Shown: piece after piece, positions 16,470 to 26,848 of the stretch
How the letters are laid out: the number at the start of each line of letters is the position of its first letter
Numbering within the stretch: position 1 is the first letter of the stretch
Origin: Acutalibacteraceae bacterium
Lineage (GTDB): Bacteria; Bacillota; Clostridia; Oscillospirales; Acutalibacteraceae
Direction: 5' to 3'
Assembly: GCA_045644025.1 (NCBI GenBank)
Contig: JAZRGE010000080.1
Span: forward strand, 17,691-81,690
DNA length: 64,000 bases
Position numbers and translations under genes: made by a program
Notes under the pieces: model-generated
Databases searched by the model: none
What the model was told of the DNA's origin: nothing
Seen by the model: the letters and a program-made list of their open reading frames with translations, nothing else

Positions 16470-17025
16470 ATTCGAAATCCGATTTTTCACATTCCGATCT
16501 TATAAAAGACGTGAACCAGCAATATAGCGCTTCGCCCAACTCCTGATATATAGGATCGCCATCGTGGGAGCAAAGCATGGCAAATGTCTGGCCGATCCTG
16601 CGCTCCACATCGCCGCCGCGACGGTAAGCCAGATAATAGAAGGAAAAGGCTCCGCTATCGGTGGCGCTGGGTTCTGTGCCGGGGGCTATCCTTTTAAGAT
16701 TTTTTTCAAAGCTGTTCCAAGCTGCATTGGCCAGGATCTCATCGGGGCAGAATCGCTCAAAGCCTATTCTCACGCCAAAGGCCAGCAACTGCCTGCGCTG
16801 AAGGAGCATCTCGGTGTTCTCGGCAGAATCTGTATCGGGGATAATATCATCCCCTGCTTCTGTAAACTTCTCGGCCACAGTTTTTCCCAGCAACTTGGCT
16901 TTATCCATATCGCCGTTGGCCGTGTGGCGGGCAAAATCATCCCCCTCGGCTGCAAGAGCCTTGTTGCGGCGGATGGTGGCGGAGGGCTTATCCCCCGCTA
17001 TTTTAATATCTTTATCATCAAACAA
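16468..17025 (-). CDS. Hypothetical protein (185 aa), last gene of the dnaG-rpoD transcription unit
   Basis: An intact ORF with no family recognised. It lies 39 nt downstream of the TSCPD gene on the same strand. Confidence 0.5.
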   Translation of the reverse strand: MFDDKDIKIAGDKPSATIRRNKALAAEGDDFARHTANGDMDKAKLLGKTVAEKFTEAGDDIIPDTDSAENTEMLLQRRQLLAFGVRIGFERFCPDEILANAAWNSFEKNLKRIAPGTEPSATDSGAFSFYYLAYRRGGDVERRIGQTFAMLCSHDGDPIYQELGEALYCWFTSFIRSECEKSDFE

Positions 17026-17064
17026 AACGAGCGCACCTCTTTTCGCACAGAAATTTTCTATACT

Positions 17065-17313
17065 TTAGCCTTCCAGGGCCTCACTCAAAGCGCGGGAAAG
17101 CTGATCGGGGCAGGATGTGGATTTGAAGCCGCAGGTGATGCCGCGAAGTTTTTCCACGGCCTCGGCAGCCTCCATTCCTTCCACAAGAGCGGCAATACCC
17201 TTAAGATTGCCGTTGCATCCGCCCTGGAACTCCACGTTCTTCACCTTTCCTTCTTCCAGATCAAAGGTGATGGCTCTGGAGCAAGTCCCACTTGTCTTAT
17301 ATGTATGCTTCAT
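17065..17313 (-). CDS. TIGR03905-type TSCPD-domain protein (four-Cys)
   Basis: 82 aa: MKHTYKTSGTCSRAITFDLEEGKVKNVEFQGGCNGNLKGIAALVEGM....TCGFKSTSCPDQL. Confidence 0.8.
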   Translation of the reverse strand: MKHTYKTSGTCSRAITFDLEEGKVKNVEFQGGCNGNLKGIAALVEGMEAAEAVEKLRGITCGFKSTSCPDQLSRALSEALEG

Positions 17314-17334
17314 AAGGAATATTCCTTTCGCCTT

Positions 17335-18396
17335 TTATTTATCCTTAAATTTGTTGCTGCGAACGGGATGGCGCAGCTTCCTGAGTGCCTTAGCCTCAAT
17401 CTGGCGAATACGCTCACGAGTCACATGGAACTCGGTACCCACCTCTTCCAAAGTGTGGCAACGGCCATCGTAGAGGCCGAAGCGCAGACGAATAACAGCC
17501 TCTTCTCTGGGAGTGAGGGTGTGAAGCACAGTGTCGATATCTTCGTTGGTAATAGTCTTAAGAGCGGCATCGTCGGGAGCCAGAGCCTCTTCGTCCTTAA
17601 TAAAGTCCATAAGGCGGCTATCTTCTTCGGGGCCAATGGGAGTTTCGATAGAAACAGCTTCCTGGGCCACACGCATAATCTCGCGAAGCCTTTCCACGGG
17701 GATACCCATTGTCTCTGCGATCATATCCTCGCTGGGCTCAAAGCCGTTTTCATGCAGAAGCTGGCTCTGCACCTTCTTAAGGCGGTTGATAGTCTCCACC
17801 ATATGCACGGGGATACGGATAGTCCTTGCCTGATCGGCAATGGCACGGGTAATGGCCTGGCGTATCCACCAAGTGGCATAAGTAGAGAACTTAAATCCCT
17901 TGGTGTAATCAAATTTTTCAACAGCCTTAATAAGACCGACGTTGCCTTCCTGAATGAGATCAAGGAAGTGCATTCCGCGGCCCACGTAGCGCTTTGCAAT
18001 ACTGACAACAAGGCGCAGGTTGGCTTCGGTGAGGCGCTTTTTGGCCTGCTGATCGCCTTCGGATATCTTCATGGCAAGCTCAATTTCTTCATCGGTAGAA
18101 AGGAGAGCCACTCGGCCGATCTCCTTAAGATACATCTTAACGGGGTCGTCCAGAGAAGTGCTGTCCAGATCAAACTTATCGTCCAGCGCATCGGCATTCA
18201 CCTGCTCAAGCTCCAGCTCTTCGGCGGTGGGTTCATCGTCCAGCCTTTCCATTTCGATAAGCTTTTCTTCGGCGGCAAGTTCTTCCAAAGAAACGTCGAT
18301 ATCATCGATAGAATTTATTGCGTCTATATCCTCTTCTTCATCTTTATCGCCGGTGTATCCATCCTGAATCAGATATTCATCTTTCACGTTTTCCAC
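17335..18396 (-). CDS. rpoD: RNA polymerase primary sigma factor (SigA/RpoD)
   Basis: Regions 1.2-4.2 are recognisable: [56 protein letters not shown] and [17 protein letters not shown]. Confidence 0.95.
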   Translation of the reverse strand: MENVKDEYLIQDGYTGDKDEEEDIDAINSIDDIDVSLEELAAEEKLIEMERLDDEPTAEELELEQVNADALDDKFDLDSTSLDDPVKMYLKEIGRVALLSTDEEIELAMKISEGDQQAKKRLTEANLRLVVSIAKRYVGRGMHFLDLIQEGNVGLIKAVEKFDYTKGFKFSTYATWWIRQAITRAIADQARTIRIPVHMVETINRLKKVQSQLLHENGFEPSEDMIAETMGIPVERLREIMRVAQEAVSIETPIGPEEDSRLMDFIKDEEALAPDDAALKTITNEDIDTVLHTLTPREEAVIRLRFGLYDGRCHTLEEVGTEFHVTRERIRQIEAKALRKLRHPVRSNKFKDK

Positions 18397-18399
18397 TTT

Positions 18400-20175
18400 T
18401 TATCCCTCTCTCTTTTTGTTTGCAATGTTTTGTATCATATTGGCCCATTCCGCATCCGTCATATCCTCGGCGTTGGCGGTCTGTGCCAAAGATTTTTCTT
18501 CGGCTATCACCTTAATGCTGTCTTCCAAAGTTTGTCTATGGCCGGAAGCTGCCACCTTATCGTTCATAAGGCGCACGGCATGCCCTGCCTGCTTTGGATC
18601 AAAGCGAGAAGCTGCATCGGTGATATCAAACTCTCTGCCCTCTCCCAACTGACGTATCACTTCGGCATAAACTATACTGTTAAGATCGGTGATAAGGCTA
18701 TCGGGGAGGTTGTCCTTCACTTTTTCATAAAGGTCGGGGTGAGCCATAAGCACAGCGATAAGATTATCTTCCGCCTTAGCCGCCCTAAGATTCTTGGCTC
18801 TTTGGCGTGAATCTTCATCGTTGCCTGCCGCGGCAGGGCTTATCGCTCTTTGCTGCTCCTTCTTGGCGCGGCTCTTTGCACGCGAGGCGGCTATTCTATC
18901 CGATTCACTCATAAGTGCCGCCTTGCTTACACCGTATTTTTCGGCAAGTTTGCCTGCATAATAATCCTTTGTGATATTATCGGGCACGTTGCTTAGTATT
19001 TCGGCAGCTCGCTTCAAATATTCCAGCCTTCCCGAATCGCTTTTGGCATCTATTCCCTCGGCGGCGGTGTAAAGCTTATATTCTATATCGCTCACCGCTC
19101 CGTCCAGCAACGCGGCAAAGCGGGAAGCGCCGTTCTTTTTAATAAATTCATCGGGATCCTTGCCATCTGGAATGGCCAGCACCCTTGCGGGCAGGCCTGT
19201 GTTGGCTAAAATAGACATCGCACGCTCGGTAGCCTTGCGGCCTGCTGTGTCGGCATCCAGAGTGAGCACCACTTCGTTGGTGTAGCGGCGCAACAGCCTT
19301 GCCTGATCTTCGGTGAAGGACGTGCCAAGGGCTGCAACGGCATTCTTAAATCCTGCCGCATGGAGTGCTATAACATCCATATATCCTTCGGCCAAAATCA
19401 TTCTTTCGGTGCCGTGTGTCTTAGCAGCCGAAAGAGCATAAAGATTATGGCTCTTTTTGAAGACGGGGGTATCGGCTGTGTTCACATATTTCTGGCTGCT
19501 GTCCTGCCCCGGCAGTGCTCGGCCGCCGAAGGCAATCACGTTGCCCCTGAGATCCATTATGGGGAACATCACCCTGCCGCGAAACTTATCGTAGCATCCG
19601 CCCTTTTTGCCTCTTATGGCAAGATCGGCGGTGATGATCTCTTCATCCGAAAAGCCCTTTTGGCGCAGGTGCTTTGTGAGCGAATCCCATGTGTCGGGGG
19701 AAGCGCCAAGCCCGAAGCTTCTTATAGTGGCATCGGCAAGACCGCGATCCCGCAGGTATTTAAGCATTGGTCTACCGCCTTCGCTTGCCAAAAAATTATG
19801 GAAGAAGTGGGCGGCTTCTCTGTTCATCTCATAGACCCGCTTTTTAAGCTTGGCAAATTTATCATCCACATTATCTTCGGGCACCTGCATACCGCTGCGC
19901 TGGGCCAATAGCCGCACCGCCTCGATATAATCCAGATTTTCGGCCTGGCGCACGAAGGTGATAACATCGCCGCCCGCCGAACAACCGAAGCAATAATAAG
20001 ATCCGTTTTCGGGATACACCGTGAAGGAGGGAGTTTTTTCGTTGTGGAAGGGGCAAAGACCCACCAGATTACTTCCTCTGCGCTTCAGCTGGATATAAGA
20101 GGAAATAACCGATTCGATATCGTTCCTATATTTAAGCTCGGCCAGGAAGTTCTGATCCAATGCCACCTTTCTCAC
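18400..20175 (-). CDS. dnaG: DNA primase
   Basis: It has a zinc-finger region (CPFHNEKTPSFTV....YCFGC) and a TOPRIM region (ILAEGYMDVIAL). The exact start is uncertain, within 20166-20175. Confidence 0.95.
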   Translation of the reverse strand: MRKVALDQNFLAELKYRNDIESVISSYIQLKRRGSNLVGLCPFHNEKTPSFTVYPENGSYYCFGCSAGGDVITFVRQAENLDYIEAVRLLAQRSGMQVPEDNVDDKFAKLKKRVYEMNREAAHFFHNFLASEGGRPMLKYLRDRGLADATIRSFGLGASPDTWDSLTKHLRQKGFSDEEIITADLAIRGKKGGCYDKFRGRVMFPIMDLRGNVIAFGGRALPGQDSSQKYVNTADTPVFKKSHNLYALSAAKTHGTERMILAEGYMDVIALHAAGFKNAVAALGTSFTEDQARLLRRYTNEVVLTLDADTAGRKATERAMSILANTGLPARVLAIPDGKDPDEFIKKNGASRFAALLDGAVSDIEYKLYTAAEGIDAKSDSGRLEYLKRAAEILSNVPDNITKDYYAGKLAEKYGVSKAALMSESDRIAASRAKSRAKKEQQRAISPAAAGNDEDSRQRAKNLRAAKAEDNLIAVLMAHPDLYEKVKDNLPDSLITDLNSIVYAEVIRQLGEGREFDITDAASRFDPKQAGHAVRLMNDKVAASGHRQTLEDSIKVIAEEKSLAQTANAEDMTDAEWANMIQNIANKKREG

Positions 20176-20190
20176 TCCTTTATAATCATT

Positions 20191-21201
20191 TTATAAGAAT
20201 TGCCAGGTCTGGGGGATATAGGCTTTTTCGAAGGTGCGAATGGCGTATCCGTCTGTCATACCTGCGATGTAATCGGTGACGGCACGGTTGAGCCCTTCGG
20301 ATTCGGCTATAGCCTGTATATCTCTGGGCATTTCGCCCGGATTCTTTATGTAGTATTCAAAAAGCTTTTCGGTGATACCGTAAACTTTTTCGTCTTGCTT
20401 GATGCCCATTTCATCTCTATACACGTTTGCGTTAAGGAAATCGTGGAGCAACGTGTAGGCATAAAAGGCATCCTGATCCATTTTAATATCACCGTTCACC
20501 GTGTTCTCCACAACCGACATCACCAAGCGATTAATGCGCTGGCTGCGGCGGGTGCCTAATATCTTCTCCACGTCTTTGGGGATATCTTCTGCCTTTATGC
20601 GGCCCGCTCTGATAGCATCGTCTGTATCGTGATTGATATAAGCGATCTTATCGGCATAATAGACTACTCTGCCCTCAATGGTGGATGCAGGGTCTTCTAT
20701 ATGGGTGTGGTGCAGGATTCCGTTCAGCACCTCTTTGGTGAGATTAAGGCCGCGTCCGCCCTTTTCTATGCGACTGCAGACTCTCACGCCGTTCTCAAAA
20801 TGGCGGAAACCTGTATCACAAAGCTTATTAAGCGCACGCTCGCCTGCGTGGCCAAATGGGGTGTGGCCGATATCGTGGCCAAATGCGATGGCTTCTGTGA
20901 GATCCTCGTTAAGCCCCAAAGCACGGGCAATGGTGCGGGCAATCTGGGTGACCTCTATGGTGTGGGTGAGCCTGGTGCGATAATGATCTCCCTCGGGGGC
21001 AAGGAACACCTGAGTCTTGTGCTTTAGGCGGCGGAAAGACGTGCAATGGATAATACGATCTCTGTCCCTTTGGAATTCTGTGCGAATATCACAGGGATCT
21101 TCGGGGCGCTCTCGGCCTTCCGATTGGCTGCTTTTCTTGGCATAAGGGGCAAGAAATTGATCCTCTATCTGCTCCGTGCGCTGCCTTATATTAAGTTCCA
21201 T
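20191..21201 (-). CDS. dGTP triphosphohydrolase-like HD-domain protein
   Basis: Motifs are FQRDRDRIIHCTSFRRLKHKTQVF, RLTHTIEV and GHDIGHTPFGH. The ATG at 21201 follows GGCGGTGA. Confidence 0.9.
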   Translation of the reverse strand: MELNIRQRTEQIEDQFLAPYAKKSSQSEGRERPEDPCDIRTEFQRDRDRIIHCTSFRRLKHKTQVFLAPEGDHYRTRLTHTIEVTQIARTIARALGLNEDLTEAIAFGHDIGHTPFGHAGERALNKLCDTGFRHFENGVRVCSRIEKGGRGLNLTKEVLNGILHHTHIEDPASTIEGRVVYYADKIAYINHDTDDAIRAGRIKAEDIPKDVEKILGTRRSQRINRLVMSVVENTVNGDIKMDQDAFYAYTLLHDFLNANVYRDEMGIKQDEKVYGITEKLFEYYIKNPGEMPRDIQAIAESEGLNRAVTDYIAGMTDGYAIRTFEKAYIPQTWQFL

Positions 21202-21264
21202 CACTATCACCGCCTATATCTTATATATTTATATTAGCTTTTTATTTGATTTTCCCTTTTATTT

Positions 21265-21879
21265 TCAGCAATATTTTACACTTTTTTCGCAAATATCCAG
21301 CCTTGCGCTGAAGGCTTCTTCCACCTTTTTGCAGAAGGCGCCCCAATTTTCGGTGGGCACAGCCAGCTCCACAGCCACGTCTCCCCCAAATTCGGAGGAG
21401 AGCACACGTCCATCAAGCGAGGAAATAATAGTCTGCAAGCGGCCGTAATCGCCGTAGTCACATTTCAGCTCGCCCAGGGTGTGAAGCTTATATTCTATCT
21501 TCACGGCTGCCTGCAATCCCTTGGCGGCGGAATCAGTATAGGCACGCACCAAGCCGCCCGTGCCCAGCAAAATGCCGCCGAAATAGCGGGTGACAACCAC
21601 CAATGTGTCTGTTACTCCTGCTGAAATAATAGCATCCAGCACAGGAGGGCCTGCCGTGCCGTGGGGTTCGGAATCATCGCTATACTTCTTCACGTTGCCT
21701 TCCCTTAAAACATAGGCATAAACATTGTGGCGTGCATCCCAATATTTCTTCTTCACCTCGGCCACCAAGCGGTTGGCCTCGGCTTCATCGGCCACGTGAT
21801 AAACATGGGCAATAAAACGGGAACGCTTCTCGGTGATCTCGGCCGAAGCATACTCCCCCACGGTGATAAAGCTGTTCAC
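21265..21879 (-). CDS. yigZ: YigZ / IMPACT-family (UPF0029) protein
   Basis: EITEKRSRFIAHVYHV....ARHNVYAY is the N-terminal IMPACT signature. A GTG start follows AAGGGGGAG. Confidence 0.8.
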   Translation of the reverse strand: MNSFITVGEYASAEITEKRSRFIAHVYHVADEAEANRLVAEVKKKYWDARHNVYAYVLREGNVKKYSDDSEPHGTAGPPVLDAIISAGVTDTLVVVTRYFGGILLGTGGLVRAYTDSAAKGLQAAVKIEYKLHTLGELKCDYGDYGRLQTIISSLDGRVLSSEFGGDVAVELAVPTENWGAFCKKVEEAFSARLDICEKSVKYC

Positions 21880-21896
21880 GACATTCTCCCCCTTTC

Positions 21897-21936
21897 GGAA
21901 AAAATAAGTGCGGCCACTAAGGATGACCGCACTTTA
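21897..21936 (-). terminator. Rho-independent terminator after rpmE
   Basis: AAGTGCGG (21906-21913) pairs with CCGCACTT (21927-21934). On the minus strand the hairpin is followed by ATTTTTTCC. Confidence 0.7.
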
Positions 21937-21942
21937 AGGATA

Positions 21943-22149
21943 TTATTCATTTTCCAGTCCAAAACGCTTTTTGAACCTATCTACACGACCGCCGGTATCA
22001 ACAAGCTTCTGCTTACCGGTAAAAAACGGATGACACTTTGAGCAAATATCCAAGCGAATATCCTTCTTTGTGGAACGAGTCTCAAACTCGGCTCCGCAAG
22101 CGCAGCGTACTACAGTAGTTTCGTACTGCGGATGAAGTCCTTCTTTCAT
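21943..22149 (-). CDS. rpmE: 50S ribosomal protein L31 (Zn-binding type A)
   Basis: The sequence is [27 protein letters not shown]...[12 protein letters not shown]. The start is set at the ATG 8 nt after GAGGGG. Confidence 0.95.
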   Translation of the reverse strand: MKEGLHPQYETTVVRCACGAEFETRSTKKDIRLDICSKCHPFFTGKQKLVDTGGRVDRFKKRFGLENE

Positions 22150-22193
22150 TATTGTCACCCCTCTCTTTCTTCAACAGATTTTATAACACGATG

Positions 22194-22222
22194 ATATTAC
22201 CACACAGAATCAGAAAATGCAA
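22194..22222 (-). promoter_or_regulatory. Sigma-A-type promoter of rpmE
   Basis: Minus strand reads TTGCAT (22222-22217), a 17-nt spacer, then TAATAT (22199-22194). Confidence 0.55.
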
Positions 22223-22239
22223 GAGTTTTTTTCAAAAAA

Positions 22240-22839
22240 TTAAAAATTTAGCATCTGTCTTATATCCTCAAATATTTCTATTGCCTTAAATTTTACTTTG
22301 TATTTCTCGCCCGATGTGATTATCTCCGCCTCGGAATCGGAAAAAGATTCCGAAGTTGACGCCGCGCCGATGCACAACGTAGGAAATATCACGCACCACC
22401 AATTCTGCCCTTTGGCGCTGCCCAACTCCACACAAAGAGCATCGTATTCCCCTGCAGGAAGGGTGAAATTTTCATACACCCTTGTCTCGAAGTTTTCTTT
22501 TCGGATAGTCAGTTTCACGGGATAATCGGCTCCGTTTTGCGCCAAGGTCTTTTGTGCTGCCGAAAGCAGCCTTTCTTTATTATCGGCAAGGCAAGCCAGC
22601 GCTTCCTCTTTAGAGGCACAACCCTTAAACACTCTCTCCGATTCGGCCACAATCGCATCGCGCACCAAAAGCTTAAGATGCTGATCTTGTGTGGAATCAG
22701 AATTAGCGCGAATATGTACTCTGAGTACATCCCTGCGAATACTATCGCAAGCGGCGCCAAAGCCTGCCATAGAGGCAAGGCAGGAAAACACCAAACCGCA
22801 AACCAACGCCATGCTGAACGCTTTAACTTTACTGCTCAT
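22240..22839 (-). CDS. spoIIR: Stage II sporulation protein R
   Basis: A signal/TM N-terminus is followed by VLRVHIRANSDSTQDQHLKLLVRDAIV and NWWCVIFPTLC. The ATG at 22839 lies 7 nt after AAAGGAG. Confidence 0.9.
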   Translation of the reverse strand: MSSKVKAFSMALVCGLVFSCLASMAGFGAACDSIRRDVLRVHIRANSDSTQDQHLKLLVRDAIVAESERVFKGCASKEEALACLADNKERLLSAAQKTLAQNGADYPVKLTIRKENFETRVYENFTLPAGEYDALCVELGSAKGQNWWCVIFPTLCIGAASTSESFSDSEAEIITSGEKYKVKFKAIEIFEDIRQMLNF

Positions 22840-22895
22840 AAAAAATCTCCTTTGCATTTATGCTACGGCATAAATATTGGCAAAGGAGATAATTT

Positions 22896-23741
22896 TTATT
22901 CACACGGGCGGCAGATATACGCTGTCTTGCCCGCCATTTTTAATTTTTCTGCAGCCGCAATTGCATCGGCCTCATTCTCATATATTCCGAACACCGATGG
23001 GCCGCTGCCCGAAAGCCCCACTCCGTAAGCAGCTGTGGAGCGAAGCAGTTCCATATCTTCTATGGGCACTTCATCGCAGGCAGGAATAAAAACGTTGTAT
23101 ATTCCGCGGCAGATATCCGAAAGATTGCCTTCGGCTATGCCCTTGGCCACAAGCTCGGTAGCAGGGCGCTTTGTGATACCAACGCTTCCCACTCGGCGAT
23201 ACATCTCGCCTGTGGAAGGCTTTTGCCCGTTCTTACTGATCAATATATAGCAGGGCGGCATTTGGGGCAAGCGCTCTATCTGCTCTCCTATTCCGCGAGC
23301 CCGCATACAGCCTCCGATCACACACATAGGCACGTCTGCGCCAAGGGGCACCGACATCTCGGCCAACTGCTCCGATGTGAACGGATAGCCCAAAAGCTGA
23401 TCGATCCCCTTCATCACTGCGGCTGCATCGCTGCTTCCGCCCCCAAGGCCTGCGGCCACGGGGATATTTTTCCAAAGCTTAATATGGGCGCCCTTGCTGC
23501 TGCCGGCTGCGCCGAGCACAAGCTTTGCGGCGGCATATGCCAGATTATCTTCTCCGCAAGGCAAGGTGCCCGAGCTTTCCGAAAGGGTTATTTCACCGGT
23601 ATCGTTAAGCTCAATCTCGGCAATATCGCATAGATCGACCGTTTGCACGATCATATCCAAAAGGTGATATCCATCGGCTCTTTTGCCCAGGATATCCAGA
23701 GTGATATTCAATTTGGCCGGAGCTTTTACAACAACACCCAT
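22896..23741 (-). CDS. ispE: 4-(cytidine 5'-diphospho)-2-C-methyl-D-erythritol kinase
   Basis: APAKLNITLDILGKRADGYH and the GHMP-kinase motif PVAAGLGGGSSDAAA are present. Confidence 0.9.
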   Translation of the reverse strand: MGVVVKAPAKLNITLDILGKRADGYHLLDMIVQTVDLCDIAEIELNDTGEITLSESSGTLPCGEDNLAYAAAKLVLGAAGSSKGAHIKLWKNIPVAAGLGGGSSDAAAVMKGIDQLLGYPFTSEQLAEMSVPLGADVPMCVIGGCMRARGIGEQIERLPQMPPCYILISKNGQKPSTGEMYRRVGSVGITKRPATELVAKGIAEGNLSDICRGIYNVFIPACDEVPIEDMELLRSTAAYGVGLSGSGPSVFGIYENEADAIAAAEKLKMAGKTAYICRPCE

Positions 23742-23754
23742 CACAATCTTCCTT

Positions 23755-25113
23755 TTAGTTATTAAGAGCCTGCAGGGGTGCAGGAATTCTGCCGCCGCGA
23801 TGGATAAACTTAGCGGGCGAAGCGGTGTTCACCTTCATTACAGGGCCGCCGCCCAGCAGACCGCCGAAGGAAAGCTCATCGCCAACCTTTTTGCCGATAG
23901 CGGGAATCACGCGCACGGCTGTGGTCTTGCGGTTTATCATACCAATTGCAGCTTCATCGGCGATAATAGCCGAGATCACTTCTGCAGGAGTATCGCCGGG
24001 AATATTTATCATATCCAAGCCAACCGAGCAAACGGCTGTCATGGCTTCAAGCTTCTCAATTGTGAGACATCCGCTTCTGGCGGCGTCTATCATACCTGCA
24101 TCCTCGGTGACAGGAATAAAAGCACCCGAAAGGCCGCCCACGTGGGAAGAAGCCATTGTGCCGCCCTTCTTAACAGCATCGTTAAGCATAGCAAGAGCAG
24201 CGGTAGTGCCGCAGGCGCCGCAAGTCTCCAATCCGATCTCTTCCAGAATATGGGCCACCGAATCTCCGATAGCGGGAGTGGGGGCAAGGGAAAGATCCAC
24301 TATGCCGAAAGGCACGGCCAGACGCTGAGAAGCCTCGCGAGCCACCAGCTGACCCATACGGGTGATCTTGAAAGCGGTGCGCTTGATAAGTTCGGCCACC
24401 TGATCGGTTGTGAGACCATCGGATTTGGCAAGAGCAGCGCGCACAACGCCGGGGCCCGAAACACCAACGTTTATAACACAATCGGGCTCGCCAACGCCGT
24501 GGAAAGCGCCTGCCATAAAGGGGTTATCATCGGGTGCATTGCAAATAGCAACCAGCTTTGCGGCACCGATGCAATCTCTATCGGCTGTGGCTTCGGCTGT
24601 GCGGCGGATTATTTTGCCCATCATGGCAACTGCATCCATATTAATGCCGCTTTTGGTGGAGCCGATGTTCACGGAAGAACACACACGCTCTGTCTCCGCC
24701 AGAGCCTGAGGAATGGAATCAATAAGAGCGTAGTCTCCTGCGGCAAAGCCCTTCTGCACCAATGCGGAATAGCCGCCGATAAAGTTCACTCCGATCTCCT
24801 TGGCTGCTCTATCCAGCGTGCGTGCGAATTTAACAGGATTCTGCGCCTGGCAAGCGGCAGAAAGCAGAGCAATAGGAGTCACCGCAACGCGCTTGTTGAT
24901 AATGGGGATACCATATTGCTTTTCAATATCCTCGGCCACCTTCACAAGCTCGCCTGCGCTGTAGAGAATCTTATCATAAACTTTATCGCAGGCCTTATCT
25001 ATATCGCTGCCTGCGCAATCCAGCAAAGAAACACCCATCGTGACAGTGCGCACGTCCAGATGTTCATCCTGGATCATTCTTATAGTTTCAAGAATATCGT
25101 TGTTATTAATCAT
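23755..25113 (-). CDS. UPF0210 / DUF711 (PFL-like) protein
   Basis: The start is set at [33 protein letters not shown] (25113), giving a family-typical 452 aa. Confidence 0.8.
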   Translation of the reverse strand: MINNNDILETIRMIQDEHLDVRTVTMGVSLLDCAGSDIDKACDKVYDKILYSAGELVKVAEDIEKQYGIPIINKRVAVTPIALLSAACQAQNPVKFARTLDRAAKEIGVNFIGGYSALVQKGFAAGDYALIDSIPQALAETERVCSSVNIGSTKSGINMDAVAMMGKIIRRTAEATADRDCIGAAKLVAICNAPDDNPFMAGAFHGVGEPDCVINVGVSGPGVVRAALAKSDGLTTDQVAELIKRTAFKITRMGQLVAREASQRLAVPFGIVDLSLAPTPAIGDSVAHILEEIGLETCGACGTTAALAMLNDAVKKGGTMASSHVGGLSGAFIPVTEDAGMIDAARSGCLTIEKLEAMTAVCSVGLDMINIPGDTPAEVISAIIADEAAIGMINRKTTAVRVIPAIGKKVGDELSFGGLLGGGPVMKVNTASPAKFIHRGGRIPAPLQALNN

Positions 25114-25123
25114 TCTGCTTACC

Positions 25124-25393
25124 TCAGATCCTGTGCATGGAATTGAAGATATCTTCGTGCATTGTGTGGATAGACATACCCATATCTTTGCCCAGTTCGC
25201 CCATTGCATCGGCAAACTCGCCGAAGGGCACGTTCATCTTTTCGATATCGCAAACCATCATCATGCAAAAAAGCTCAGAAAGAATGCTCTGGGAAACCTC
25301 CAGAACATTCACGTTGTACTCAGCACAGCAAGAAGCCACTCGAGCCAGAATTCCAACTTTGTCCTGACCAACCACAGTAATAACAGCCTTCAT
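25124..25393 (-). CDS. ACT-domain protein (UPF0237)
   Basis: 89 aa beginning [19 protein letters not shown]. It is the usual upstream partner of UPF0210. Confidence 0.8.
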   Translation of the reverse strand: MKAVITVVGQDKVGILARVASCCAEYNVNVLEVSQSILSELFCMMMVCDIEKMNVPFGEFADAMGELGKDMGMSIHTMHEDIFNSMHRI

Positions 25394-25432
25394 TTTCTTT
25401 TTACCATTCCTTTGCCAAAGTTTTACCCACCG

Positions 25433-25461
25433 ATTATAACATATCTTTTTGCGTTTTGCAA
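25433..25461 (-). promoter_or_regulatory. Sigma-A-type promoter of the ACT/UPF0210 operon
   Basis: Minus strand reads TTGCAA (25461-25456), a 17-nt spacer, then TATAAT (25438-25433). Confidence 0.55.
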
Positions 25462-25534
25462 TTTATTCTGCTTAAAATATTGTTGTATTTCGGCAAGATA
25501 TTTGATATTATGTAGAGTAATAGGCGGTGAAATT

Positions 25535-26350
25535 ATGGCATATAAAAATCTATTGGATCTACACACCCATACCGACAACTCCCACGATGGCCTTTATTCG
25601 GCCACCTATATGTGCGAGGCGGCGGTAAACGCAGGGCTGCGCGCCATTGCCATAACCGATCATTTTGATTGCGATTTTTTTGAAAAATTTCATCTCGATC
25701 GTTCCTCAAAGCAATCTATGTTTGCCATAAAAAAGGCGCAGGCTGTTTTCTCCGGCAAGCTGATAGTGGTGGCAGGCGTGGAGCTTGGCCAGCCGCTGGC
25801 CGATCTTTCGGCGGCGCAATATGCGCTGGATCTTAATCCCGATTTTGTGCTTGGCTCGATGCACGAGCTTCCGGGCAAAGAAGATTTCTACAGCATGGAT
25901 TATTCCCTGCCCGAAAACGATCCCGAAAGGCTTATGAAGGAATATTTCGAGAACCTTAAAAAGCTTATTGATTGGGGCAATTTTGATTCTCTCGCCCATC
26001 TCACCTATCCTATGCGCTACATTCGCCAGCGCTGCGAGAAGTACCCCGATATAGAAAAGTATAAGGATGATATCCGCGATATCTTCAAGATGCTGGCCGC
26101 CAAGGATAAGGCCTTGGAGATAAACACATCCGATCTTTATCGCCGAATTTTCGAAACAGTGCCCAGCCGCGATCTTGTGGCCTACTTCAAGGAATGCGGC
26201 GGCAAGCGCATCACTGTTGGATCCGATGCCCACGATTTCCGCAATGTGGGCAGCGGCATAAACGAAGCAATGGAAATGGCCAAGGGATGCGGTTTCGATA
26301 GCATCAGCCTTTTCCAGAAGCGCACACCCATAGACATACCCATTTTATAA
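25535..26350 (+). CDS. PHP-domain phosphoesterase (histidinol-phosphatase HisJ-like)
   Basis: The start is at MAYKNLLDLHTHTDNSHDG. The motifs AITDH and GSDAH are present. Length is 271 aa. Confidence 0.75.
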   Translation: MAYKNLLDLHTHTDNSHDGLYSATYMCEAAVNAGLRAIAITDHFDCDFFEKFHLDRSSKQSMFAIKKAQAVFSGKLIVVAGVELGQPLADLSAAQYALDLNPDFVLGSMHELPGKEDFYSMDYSLPENDPERLMKEYFENLKKLIDWGNFDSLAHLTYPMRYIRQRCEKYPDIEKYKDDIRDIFKMLAAKDKALEINTSDLYRRIFETVPSRDLVAYFKECGGKRITVGSDAHDFRNVGSGINEAMEMAKGCGFDSISLFQKRTPIDIPIL

Positions 26351-26365
26351 CAGGAGGTTTTATAT

Positions 26366-26848
26366 ATGAACACTCAACTTCTGCAATTGCTTTATCAAAA
26401 TTCTAAATACACTTCTCAGGAACTGGCCGATATGCTGGGCCTGGAAGAGCAGGTTGTGAACGCCCAGATCAAAGAGCTGGAGGCCGCGGGGCTTATTTGC
26501 GGCTACAAGGCTGTTATAGATTGGGAAAAGCTGGATGGCGCCTATGTTTCCGCCCTTATCGAGCTTAAAGTTACTCCTCAGCCCGATGCCGGCTTTGAAG
26601 ACACCGCCAAGAAGATTATGAAATTCAAGGAAGTGGAAACAGTCTATCTTATGTCGGGCGGATACGACCTTTGCGTGATCGTGAAGGGCAAGACCTTCCA
26701 GGAAGTGGCTATGTTTGTTGCCAAGCAGCTTGCCACTATGAAGACTGTTGTGAGCACCGCTACACACTTCGTGCTTCGCAGATATAAAGAGTTGGACGTA
26801 GTGATCGTGGACGACGAAACCGATGACAGGGGGAAAATTTCGCTGTGA
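26366..26848 (+). CDS. Lrp/AsnC-family transcriptional regulator
   Basis: An N-terminal HTH (SQELADMLGLEEQVVNAQIKELE) is followed by a C-terminal RAM/AsnC_trans_reg region. GGAGG is the RBS. Confidence 0.85.
   Translation: MNTQLLQLLYQNSKYTSQELADMLGLEEQVVNAQIKELEAAGLICGYKAVIDWEKLDGAYVSALIELKVTPQPDAGFEDTAKKIMKFKEVETVYLMSGGYDLCVIVKGKTFQEVAMFVAKQLATMKTVVSTATHFVLRRYKELDVVIVDDETDDRGKISL

Noticed and set aside
16564-18810. A 748-aa plus-strand ORF, together with similar long antisense ORFs at 2294-3814, 4860-6407, 23683-25146, 29008-30423, 30885-32315, 32478-33767, 33801-35141, 44502-45941 and 53297-54754.
   Set aside because: Each lies exactly antisense to a gene with unmistakable homology, such as rpoD/dnaG, lysS, the DUF1846 gene, the UPF0210 gene, relA or mutS2. 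Their translations are low-complexity (G/H/I/L/A-rich) with no motifs, and they lack RBSs. They run across real intergenic regions. This is the typical stop-codon-poor shadow frame of a gene with biased codon usage.
25040-25534. The long N-terminal extension of ORF 25040-26350 (436 aa), and the first 34 codons of ORF 23755-25215.
   Set aside because: The extensions run antisense through the ACT and UPF0210 genes or through intergenic DNA. The PHP domain starts at the ATG at 25535, and the UPF0210 protein starts at 25113, with sizes matching their families.
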